A stretch of 64,000 nt of DNA. It comes from Leeuwenhoekiella sp. Its GTDB lineage: Bacteria > Bacteroidota > Bacteroidia > Flavobacteriales > Flavobacteriaceae. How positions within the stretch are numbered: position 1 is the first letter of the stretch; each line of letters begins with the position of its first letter. The stretch lies in contig CBDCNG010000005.1 in NCBI GenBank assembly GCA_965219335.1, positions 121,992 through 185,991 on the forward strand, read 5' to 3'. Made by a program: the position numbers and the translations under genes. The notes under the pieces were generated by a model. It searched no databases, had not been told where the DNA came from, and saw nothing but the letters and a program-made list of their open reading frames with translations. Below, one piece after another: positions 20,585-29,205 of the stretch.

Positions 20585-22989
20585 GCAAGAGAAGAATCAA
20601 TAAAGTAGCGGTTATCGGCTCTGGGATCATGGGGAGTGGCATTGCCTGTCATTTCGCTAATATTGGTGTTGAAGTCCTACTTTTGGATATTTTACCCAAT
20701 GAACTTACCGATAAGGAAAAGGCTGAAAATCTTACTTTAAAAAATAAAAGCGTTCGCGATCGCATTGCAAACGAGCACCTGCAGAGCGCTATTAATTCAA
20801 AGCCTGCCCCACTCTACCATAAAAATTTCGGTTCCCGGATAAAAACCGGCAATATTGAAGACGATATTGCTAAAGTAAGCGAAGTGGATTGGATTATCGA
20901 AGTCGTCGTGGAAAGGCTCGATATCAAAAAACAGGTTTTCGAAAATCTGGACAATCATAGAAAAGAGGGAACACTAATCACCTCAAACACTTCCGGAATC
21001 CCCATTCACTTGATGAATGAAGGCCGTAGCGAGGATTTTCAAAAACATTTTTGTGGAACACATTTCTTTAATCCTGCCCGTTATCTGGAGCTTTTTGAGA
21101 TTATTCCCGGACCCCAAACATCGCAGGATGTGCTGGATTTCTTAAACGATTATGGAGCTCGTTTTTTGGGTAAAACCCCGGTTATTGCCAAAGATACCCC
21201 GGCTTTTATAGGAAACCGCATAGGTATTTTCAGTATTATGAGCCTTTTTCATACCGTCAAAGAAATGGACATGACCGTGGAGGAGGTCGATAAACTGACC
21301 GGACCTGTTATCGGTAGGCCAAAGTCAGCCACTTTCCGTACCGTTGATGTCGTGGGGCTGGATACTTTGGTACACGTTGCCAATGGCCTTTACGAAAACT
21401 GCCCCGATGACGAGCGCCACGAGCTTTTCAAACTCCCGGATTTCATCGATACCATGATGGAAAAAAAATGGTTAGGCAGCAAGACCGGACAGGGATTTTA
21501 TAAAAAGGTCAAAAAAGAGAATGGCGATAGCGAGATTTTAACGCTCGACCTCGATAAAATGGACTACCGCGACGGAAAAAAAGCCTCTTTTTCCACGTTG
21601 GAAAAAACCAAAAGCATAGACCGTGTTGAAGAGCGATTTACCGTTCTCGTAGAAGGTGATGATAAGGCAGGTAAATTCTACCGAAAGAACTTCGGAGACC
21701 TTTTTGCCTACATACAAAACCGGATCCCCGAAATCACCGATGAACTGTACAAAATAGATGATGCAATGCGGGCCGGTTTTGGCTGGGGCGATGGGCCGTT
21801 CCAGATCTGGGATGCGCTTGGCGTAAAAAAGGGTATCGAACTCATAAAAGAACAAGGTTATGAAGTGGCCGATTGGGTCAACGAACTTGCAAAGAGTGGA
21901 AAGGATTCCTTCTACGAAATTAAGGATGGCAATACCTATTATTACGACATTCCCAAAAAGGAATATGTCAAAAAACCAGGTCAAGATGGCTTCATCATCC
22001 TCGATAATATTCGAAAATCCGCTGAGGTTTTCAAAAACAGCGGCGTGGTCATCGAAGATTTGGGCGACGGCATCCTAAATGTGGATTTCCAGTCCAAAAT
22101 GAATTCCGTAGGCGGGGATGTTCTCGCGGGGATCAATAAAGTGATTGAGCTGGCCGAAAAAAATCACGCCGGCGTGGTGATCGGCAACACGGGCAAGAAC
22201 TTTTCGGTAGGCGCCAATGTGGGGATGATCTTTATGATGGCCGTAGAGCAGGAATATGACGAGCTCAATCAAGCGGTCAAGTATTTTCAGGACACCTGTA
22301 TGCGCATCCGGTATTCTTCGATTCCCGTGATCGTTGCGCCACACGATATGACCTTGGGTGGTGGCTGTGAGATGACACTACACGCCGATCGCGTTGTCGC
22401 TGCCGCGGAAAGTTATATCGGTCTCGTGGAATTTGGCGTAGGCCTCATTCCCGGCGGTGGCGGTTCTAAAGAAATGACCGTTCGCGCCAGCGATACTTAC
22501 CATAAAGATGACGTGGAACTCAACCGGCTGCGCGAATATTTTCTCGCAATCGGGATGGCCAAGGTATCCACTTCGGCCTATGAAGCCTACGATACCGGCA
22601 TCCTCAAAAAAGGAAAGGATATCGTGGTTGTTAATAAGGCCCGCCAGATCGCTGCTGCGAAAGAAGTTGCAAAATTCATGGCCGAACAGGGCTACACCAA
22701 ACCCATTGAGCGCACCGATGTCAAAGTCCTCGGCAAGCAAGCATTAGGTCCTTTTTATGTGGGCACAGACCAGATGAACGCCGGAAACTACATCAGCGAG
22801 CACGACAAAAAAATCGCCAATAAACTCGCCTACGTCATGGCCGGCGGCGATCTTTCAGAGGCGTCTTATGTGAGTGAGCAGTATTTATTAGATCTAGAAC
22901 GTGAGGCATTCCTGAGCCTTTGTGGGGAACGGAAAACCCTGGAGCGACTTGAGCATATGATTAAGAAGAATAAGCCACTTCGTAATTAG
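20581..22989 (+). CDS. 3-hydroxyacyl-CoA dehydrogenase / enoyl-CoA hydratase (FadN-like)
   Basis: GSGIMGSG Rossmann motif, TSNTSG, HFFNPARY, C-terminal crotonase domain (LGGGCE, GLVEFGVGLIPGGGG). Confidence 0.95.
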   Translation: MSKRRINKVAVIGSGIMGSGIACHFANIGVEVLLLDILPNELTDKEKAENLTLKNKSVRDRIANEHLQSAINSKPAPLYHKNFGSRIKTGNIEDDIAKVSEVDWIIEVVVERLDIKKQVFENLDNHRKEGTLITSNTSGIPIHLMNEGRSEDFQKHFCGTHFFNPARYLELFEIIPGPQTSQDVLDFLNDYGARFLGKTPVIAKDTPAFIGNRIGIFSIMSLFHTVKEMDMTVEEVDKLTGPVIGRPKSATFRTVDVVGLDTLVHVANGLYENCPDDERHELFKLPDFIDTMMEKKWLGSKTGQGFYKKVKKENGDSEILTLDLDKMDYRDGKKASFSTLEKTKSIDRVEERFTVLVEGDDKAGKFYRKNFGDLFAYIQNRIPEITDELYKIDDAMRAGFGWGDGPFQIWDALGVKKGIELIKEQGYEVADWVNELAKSGKDSFYEIKDGNTYYYDIPKKEYVKKPGQDGFIILDNIRKSAEVFKNSGVVIEDLGDGILNVDFQSKMNSVGGDVLAGINKVIELAEKNHAGVVIGNTGKNFSVGANVGMIFMMAVEQEYDELNQAVKYFQDTCMRIRYSSIPVIVAPHDMTLGGGCEMTLHADRVVAAAESYIGLVEFGVGLIPGGGGSKEMTVRASDTYHKDDVELNRLREYFLAIGMAKVSTSAYEAYDTGILKKGKDIVVVNKARQIAAAKEVAKFMAEQGYTKPIERTDVKVLGKQALGPFYVGTDQMNAGNYISEHDKKIANKLAYVMAGGDLSEASYVSEQYLLDLEREAFLSLCGERKTLERLEHMIKKNKPLRN

Positions 22990-23001
22990 ATTTCTAATTA
23001 T

Positions 23002-23025
23002 AGAAAAAAGATAATAGAGAAAAGA
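23002..23025 (+). repeat. Left arm of 24-bp inverted repeat, 7-nt-periodic purine-rich array
   Basis: AGAAAAAAGATAATAGAGAAAAGA; AGA at 23002, 23009, 23016, 23023, 23030; 23/24 complementary to 23424-23447. Confidence 0.9.
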
Positions 23026-23057
23026 AAATAGAATAGAAATCGATTAATATCAATCAT

Positions 23058-23459
23058 ATGGAAAAGCGCAAGAGACACAACTACAAAAACTTGAAAATTT
23101 GGCAATTGGGTCTTGAAATCGCAAATGATTGTTCAGATATTTTACTTGATTTTCCAAAACATGAACGTTACGATTTAAGTTCTCAGATTAGCCGATGTTC
23201 CGTTTCTATAGCTAGTAATATAGCAGAAGGTTCTTCAAGAACCAATAAATCTTTTCACCATTATATTGATATTTCTTTGGGCTCTTCTTTTGAGCTCGGA
23301 ACACAACTTTTAATTGCTCGGCATAGAAAACACATTGATACTAAAACATTAAATCTATTGGAAAAGAAGATCGAAGAATGGCAGAGAATGACAATGAGTT
23401 TCCAAAATAAACTCGGCGGTACATCTTTTCTCTCTTATCTTTTTTCTTTTTTCCTTTAA
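23058..23459 (+). CDS. Four-helix-bundle protein (23S rRNA IVP / TIGR02436-like)
   Basis: HNYKNLKIWQ, FPKHERYDLSSQISRCSVSIASNIAEG, ISLGSSFELGTQL; the C-terminal tail is translated through the right repeat arm. Confidence 0.92.
   Translation: MEKRKRHNYKNLKIWQLGLEIANDCSDILLDFPKHERYDLSSQISRCSVSIASNIAEGSSRTNKSFHHYIDISLGSSFELGTQLLIARHRKHIDTKTLNLLEKKIEEWQRMTMSFQNKLGGTSFLSYLFSFFL
23424..23447 (+). repeat. Right arm of 24-bp inverted repeat, 7-nt-periodic pyrimidine-rich array
   Basis: TCTTTTCTCTCTTATCTTTTTTCT; TCT at 23424, 23431, 23438, 23445. Confidence 0.9.
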
Positions 23460-23469
23460 AAAATAAACC

Positions 23470-24662
23470 ATGCAAAAAACCGCATATATCGTTCAAGCTT
23501 ACCGCACCGCAGTAGGAAAGGCTCCCCGGGGAACTTTTCGCTTTAAGCGGCCTGATGAACTCGCTTCGGAAACCATTCAATATCTATTGGATAAAGTGCC
23601 GCAACTTGACAAAAAACGCATCGATGACGTGATCGTCGGCAATGCCATGCCCGAGGCGGAACAAGGGCTCAATATGGGAAGACTGATCTCCCTGATGGGA
23701 CTTCAAATAGAGGATATCCCTGGGGTAACCGTAAACCGCTATTGCGCGTCTGGTATTGAGACCATTGCGATGGCTTCTGCCAAAATACAGGCGGGTATGG
23801 CCGACTGTATTCTTGCCGGCGGGGCCGAAAGTATGAGTTATATCCCCATGGGCGGCTACAAACCCGTACCTGATTATAAATTGGCCGTTGAAGGTCACGA
23901 AGATTACTACTGGAATATGGGCCTTACAGCGGAAGCGGTAGCAAAACAGTTTAAGGTTTCTCGTGAAGAACAGGACGAATTTGCCTACAATTCGCATCAA
24001 AAAGCGATTAAAGCGCAGGCGGAAAACCGCTTTCAGGATCAGATCGTGCCCATTGATGTACATGAGACTTTTGTTAACGACTCCGGTAAAAAAGAGACGA
24101 GAACCTACACAGTCAATAAAGACGAAGGGCCGCGTAAAGATACCAGCCTGGAGGTTTTGGCCAAACTGCGCCCTGTTTTCGCCGAGGGCGGAAGTGTTAC
24201 CGCCGGAAATTCGTCACAAATGAGTGACGGCGCAGCTTTCACATTGATCATGAGCGAGGAAATGGTCAAAGAACTCCATATAGAACCCATAGCCCGTTTG
24301 GTCAATTATGCACCCGTGGGGGTTGAACCGCGAATAATGGGCATAGGGCCCATAAAAGCGGTTCCCAAAGCCCTAAAACAGCCGGAAAGGAGCTGAAAGA
24401 TATGGAACTCATAGAACTGAACGAAGCATTCGCCTCTCAGTCGGTTGCCGTGATTCGCGAACTCGGTCTGAACAAAGACATCGTAAACGTTAACGGCGGA
24501 GCGATTGCTTTAGGGCATCCGCTGGGTTGTACCGGCAGCAAACTATCGGTCCAGCTTTTTGATGAAATGCGCAAGCGCAACCTGCAAGGAAAATATGGTA
24601 TGGTCACCATGTGCGTGGGTACAGGTCAGGGAGCTGCGGGGGTTTATGAGTTTCTACAGTAA
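23470..24662 (+). pseudogene. Acetyl-CoA C-acyltransferase (thiolase) split by a 1-nt deletion near 24380 (true lesion or sequencing error)
   Basis: ORF 23470-24396 has VNRYCASG; ORF 24402-24662 has ELNEAFA, GHPLG and CVGTGQG. Adding one G (CAG GCC GGA AAG) restores [19 protein letters not shown], a 397-aa thiolase. Confidence 0.85.
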
Positions 24663-24665
24663 AAA

Positions 24666-24777
24666 GACATAGGACTTGAGGACGTAGGACTTAAGACTAA
24701 AAAAGCAGACTTTAACACAATAATCATAAAGGATAAAACACATGGGTCCTACGTCTTATGTCCTACCGTCCAAAGTC
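24666..24777 (+). repeat. ORF-less inverted pair of 7-nt-periodic arrays (GAC / GTC units)
   Basis: GAC at 24666, 24673, 24681, 24688, 24695; GTC at 24746, 24753, 24760, 24768, 24775 in mirror register; 23/32 Watson-Crick plus 2 G-U pairs; 48-nt loop. Confidence 0.85.
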
Positions 24778-24790
24778 AATTAAAGAAAAG

Positions 24791-26602
24791 ATGAGCACAC
24801 AAACACTAGAAAAAAAAGACCTGCTTCGCGGGGGCCAGTTTTTGGTCAAGGAAACCAAATGCGAGGATATATTTACCCCAGAAGATTTCTCTGAGGAACA
24901 GCAGATGATGCGGGATTCGGTAAAAGAATTTGTAGACCGCGAGATCATACCGTACAAAGAGCGATTTGAAAAGAAGGATTATGCCTTTACCGAAGAAGTT
25001 ATGCGCAAGGCCGGCGAACTTGGTTTTCTGGGCGTAGCAGTTCCCGAGGAATATGACGGCCTTGGGATGGGTTTCGTCTCCACCATGCTGGTCTGTGACT
25101 ACATTTCGGGTGCTACGGGATCAGTCGCGACCGCCTTTGGTGCACATACCGGCATCGGTACCATGCCCATCACCCTTTATGGAACCGAGGCCCAAAAGAA
25201 AAAATATGTACCTAAATTGGCCACGGGCGAATGGTTTGGCTCCTATGCGCTGACCGAACCCGGCGCCGGGAGCGATGCAAACAGCGGGAAAACAAAAGCC
25301 GTCCTCTCTGAAGACGGAACTTATTATTCCATTTCCGGGCAGAAAATGTGGATTTCCAATGCTGGTTTTTGCAACCTTTTCATCGTTTTTGCCCGGATTG
25401 GGGATGATAAAAATATCACGGGTTTTATTGTAGAAAACGACCCTGAAAATGGGATTTCGCTGGGTGAAGAAGAGAAAAAATTAGGTATTCACTCCTCTTC
25501 TACCCGACAGGTCTTTTTCAATGAAACCAAAGTTCCGGTAGAAAATATATTATCTGAGCGCGGGAATGGTTTTAAGATTGCGATGAACGCGCTCAACATA
25601 GGCCGGATCAAGCTCGCCGCTGCCAGTCTGGATGCACAGCGCCGCGTGATCGGTAATGCGGTCAAATATGCCAATGAGCGGATTCAGTTTAAAACGCCAA
25701 TCTCAAAATTTGGCGCCATCAGGCAGAAATTAGCCGAAATGGCAACGTCCGCTTGGGTAGGCGAAAGCGCCAGTTACCGTGCCGGTCATGATATTGAGCA
25801 GCGCATCAGTATCCGTCAGGAAAAGGGCGCTTCTCATCAAGAGGCAGAACTTAAGGGTGTAGAAGAATATGCCATTGAGTGTTCTTTATTAAAAGTAGCC
25901 GTTTCCGAAGATATCCAGAACTGTGCAGATGAGGGCATCCAGATTTTTGGCGGAATGGGCTTTAGTGCTGATACGCCCATGGAAGCGGCGTGGCGCGATG
26001 CACGAATCGCACGGATTTATGAAGGCACCAACGAGATCAACCGGATGCTCGCCGTAGGCATGCTCGTTAAGAAAGCGATGAAAGGTCATGTAGACCTATT
26101 GAACCCGGCACAGGCCGTGGCCGACGAACTGACAGGCATCCCCTCTTTTGAAATACCCGATTTCAGCGAAGTTCTTTCCGAAGAAAAAGCAATGATTTCC
26201 AAACTTAAAAAAGTATTCCTAATGGTAGCCGGCAGCGCGGTCCAGAAATTTGGCACGGAACTCGAAGAGCACCAACAAATTCTCTTAGCCGCAGCAGATA
26301 TTCTTATCGAGATCTATATGGCAGAAAGTGGAGTGCTCAGGGCAGAAAAGGCAGCTAAACGTACTGGTAAAGAATTAGTTGAAAAACAGATCGCTATGGC
26401 ACAGCTTTATCTTTATCATGCGGTTGACACCATTAACCAAAATGGGAAAGAGGCCATTGTTTCTTTTGCCGAGGGTGACGAGCAGCGTATGATGCTTATG
26501 GGTCTGAAACGGTTTACAAAATATCAAAATCAGCCTAATGTGGTCGCCTTGCGCAATGTGATAGCCGATAAAGTTATAAACGCCAATACCTATCCATTTT
26601 AA
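24791..26602 (+). CDS. Acyl-CoA dehydrogenase
   Basis: YALTEPGAGSDA, GQKMWISN, QIFGGMGF, RIYEGTNEI; ATG at 24791 preferred over 24758, which lies inside the repeat arm. Confidence 0.95.
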   Translation: MSTQTLEKKDLLRGGQFLVKETKCEDIFTPEDFSEEQQMMRDSVKEFVDREIIPYKERFEKKDYAFTEEVMRKAGELGFLGVAVPEEYDGLGMGFVSTMLVCDYISGATGSVATAFGAHTGIGTMPITLYGTEAQKKKYVPKLATGEWFGSYALTEPGAGSDANSGKTKAVLSEDGTYYSISGQKMWISNAGFCNLFIVFARIGDDKNITGFIVENDPENGISLGEEEKKLGIHSSSTRQVFFNETKVPVENILSERGNGFKIAMNALNIGRIKLAAASLDAQRRVIGNAVKYANERIQFKTPISKFGAIRQKLAEMATSAWVGESASYRAGHDIEQRISIRQEKGASHQEAELKGVEEYAIECSLLKVAVSEDIQNCADEGIQIFGGMGFSADTPMEAAWRDARIARIYEGTNEINRMLAVGMLVKKAMKGHVDLLNPAQAVADELTGIPSFEIPDFSEVLSEEKAMISKLKKVFLMVAGSAVQKFGTELEEHQQILLAAADILIEIYMAESGVLRAEKAAKRTGKELVEKQIAMAQLYLYHAVDTINQNGKEAIVSFAEGDEQRMMLMGLKRFTKYQNQPNVVALRNVIADKVINANTYPF

Positions 26603-26717
26603 ACTCCTGAAAATCGGCCCTCATCTTCCAAAGGGGAATCATAATTTTAGAAGAGTACATTCAAATTTTTATTTGAAATTAGGAGAAATTCTTTAATTAC
26701 ATATTGATAATGGAATA

Positions 26718-26751
26718 AGACCTCACAAGTTTCAGAGACCTGCGAGGTTTT
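26718..26751. terminator. Degenerate REP-like inverted repeat / terminator
   Basis: AGACCTCACAAGT-ttcagag-ACCTGCGAGGTTTTTT after the beta-oxidation operon. Confidence 0.55.
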
Positions 26752-26813
26752 TTCACACACATTTGTTTTTCGGGAACGGTTTTTGGTCTTTCGATTTACG
26801 ATATTGAAAACTT

Positions 26814-27683
26814 ATGATCATACTTAAGTATTTTTTTATAATCGGTTTTATGCTATCCGGCAGGAATATTTTCGCGCAAAGCGATGCCAATATCCTCCTT
26901 TTTGACATCGTTCAGCATAGGGATTCGCTTACGCTGACAAATGGAAAAGATATTTCCCAAAATACGGGCTATAATAACCAGCCAGCATTTATAGATGAAA
27001 ATAGATTGCTTTACGCCCGTAATCAAAATGGGCAGACCGACGTTGCTTTATATGATCTGACCAGCAAAAATACGTCAATTATCCATCCCACCATTATAGG
27101 CAGTGAATACTCCCCAAAATCCATTCCGGGAACAGACCATATATCAGCGGTACGCCTGGACACTAACGGACTTCAGAGGCTGTATGATTATTCTTTAAAA
27201 GACAGCACTACCGTAAAAATTTCTCAACTTAAAATAGGTTATTACGATTTTTACGATCAGAAGCGGATTTTGGCAACGGTACTTACCCCCATGGCCATGG
27301 ATCTCTATTTCATAAACTTAAAGACCGAAAAAGATAGTCTTCTTTTAAAAAATGTAGGCCGATCCATCCAGAAAATTCCCGGGACTAGATCCTTAAGTTA
27401 TACGCTTATAAACGAGGAGCAGCAACTTGATCTTTATCTATTAGACTTCAAAACTTTAGAAAGCTATTTTGTATGTACCCTGCCCATAGGGATCGAGGAT
27501 TACACTTGGCTAAACCAAAATCAAATAATATTAGGGAGCAGAAGCAAATTATTTATCTATGATTTGCTAATATCCAACGAGTGGGAAGAAATAGCCGATT
27601 TATCTAAAATGGGAATCAAAAATGTAACCCGTCTTGCGGTAAGCCCATCCGGTAAAAAACTGGCGCTTGCAGCAGAAAATTAA
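26814..27683 (+). CDS. Secreted TolB-like beta-propeller protein
   Basis: Signal peptide; GYNNQPAF, SEYSP, RLAVSPSGKKLA. Confidence 0.7.
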   Translation: MIILKYFFIIGFMLSGRNIFAQSDANILLFDIVQHRDSLTLTNGKDISQNTGYNNQPAFIDENRLLYARNQNGQTDVALYDLTSKNTSIIHPTIIGSEYSPKSIPGTDHISAVRLDTNGLQRLYDYSLKDSTTVKISQLKIGYYDFYDQKRILATVLTPMAMDLYFINLKTEKDSLLLKNVGRSIQKIPGTRSLSYTLINEEQQLDLYLLDFKTLESYFVCTLPIGIEDYTWLNQNQIILGSRSKLFIYDLLISNEWEEIADLSKMGIKNVTRLAVSPSGKKLALAAEN

Positions 27684-27875
27684 TGTATAGTGGCTAATTC
27701 TTGCCGGCTGGCCCTTTTACAATAGATAAACCAAACGAGAATTTTTTAGAAGTTCTTCTCAGAAATTTTTTATGATTTTACCAACGTTATAGCAAGAGGT
27801 GATTAAAAATTTTGGGTTTCCTTAACGTTTAGGGCGCAGTGTTCTTTTTAGCTTTAGAAGCTATAAAAGTTTTTA

Positions 27876-28982
27876 ATGATGTTACTGATCACGTCTGAAC
27901 TTTCCAAATTCTTAATCATCAGCATTATCGCTGCTGCGGCTATATTTTTTGCACTTTATATCGTGCTCAAAAAATTGGGTAAAAGTCCCAATAACATTCT
28001 GCCAATAAATATCGCAGAGCGCATTAAAATTCCCCTTGCGCTATTACTCATAAGCCTAGTTTTAAAGCTTGGTAAGATACAGAAGTTACTTTCAGATTTT
28101 ATATCAGACGCAATACCAGAACAGATCGCAACTATCTTGCTGATCATCGCGCTGGTTTGGCTTGCCATCGTTACGGTTAAAATCTTCAAGCACCGTATCC
28201 TTGAAAATTATGACATCAGTTCAACAAACAATATTGCTGCGCGCAGGATTTATACGCAGTTCAATATTCTGGAGCGCGTCATCATTTTTTTACTTATTCT
28301 TATAGGTATAGCCGTGATCCTTATGAGTTTTAAAAGCATCAGGGCCATGGGTGTGGCCATGCTATCCTCTGCTGGTATAGCGGGCATTATTATAGGTTTT
28401 GCGGCTCAAAAGGCGCTGGGAACACTCCTTGCGGGTATTCAGATTGCATTTACACAACCCATACGCATCGATGATGTGGTGATCGTAGAGGGCGAATGGG
28501 GCCGTATTGAAGAGATCACATTGACCTACGTGGTTGTCGCCATTTGGGACAAACGCCGCCTGGTACTCCCAACGACTTATTTTATAGAAAAACCTTTTCA
28601 AAACTGGACGCGCAATTCCGCAGACTTGCTGGGTACCGTATTCATTTATACCGATTATAGTGTGCCATTTGATGAACTACGTGCTGAACTGACGCGCTTG
28701 CTAGATCATAATCCGCTGTGGGACCGTAAGGTAAATGTACTGCAGGTAACGGATTCCAATTCAAATTACGTAGAAGTTCGTGCCCTAATGAGCGCCAAGG
28801 ATTCGGGCACTGCCTTTGACCTTCGCGTTTATGTGCGGGAGCATTTAATCACTTTCATACAGAAAAAATATCCGGACAGCTTTGCCCGTACTCGCGTGCA
28901 AATGTTGGGAGAGCAGAAAAAAACGGCGCCAAAGGGTACTAAAAACACAAGTGAAGATAACAATCAGCAAAAAATGTTCTGA
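27876..28982 (+). CDS. Mechanosensitive ion channel, MscS family
   Basis: N-terminal TM helices; GIQIAFTQPIRIDDVV, GRIEEITLTY, PFQNW. Confidence 0.93.
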   Translation: MMLLITSELSKFLIISIIAAAAIFFALYIVLKKLGKSPNNILPINIAERIKIPLALLLISLVLKLGKIQKLLSDFISDAIPEQIATILLIIALVWLAIVTVKIFKHRILENYDISSTNNIAARRIYTQFNILERVIIFLLILIGIAVILMSFKSIRAMGVAMLSSAGIAGIIIGFAAQKALGTLLAGIQIAFTQPIRIDDVVIVEGEWGRIEEITLTYVVVAIWDKRRLVLPTTYFIEKPFQNWTRNSADLLGTVFIYTDYSVPFDELRAELTRLLDHNPLWDRKVNVLQVTDSNSNYVEVRALMSAKDSGTAFDLRVYVREHLITFIQKKYPDSFARTRVQMLGEQKKTAPKGTKNTSEDNNQQKMF

Positions 28983-29205
28983 GCAGGACGATTGCTCGTA
29001 CACTTTCGCGGCAGCGCAAAAAAACATAAATCATTTAGAAATATACCTTTGTAGAATTTACCTGAGTTTATCAGTGTCGCATGCTGGCGAAAAATTTAAT
29101 GCCAGGTAAATTCTATTAAAGTTCATTAAAATAGGCAGTTAAAACCTTATAATTTCCGAAATTTAAGAAAAATCACCATAAGCAATCCAATTAGCCAACC
29201 CATTT

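Noticed and set aside
23058-23459. Four-helix-bundle gene as part of a diversity-generating retroelement or an rRNA intervening sequence
   Set aside because: No reverse transcriptase, no template/variable repeat pair and no rRNA gene in the window; the context is an mRNA operon
24370-24410. Programmed ribosomal frameshift in the thiolase
   Set aside because: No slippery heptamer or stimulatory structure is evident; single-base loss in GG is a typical sequencing error
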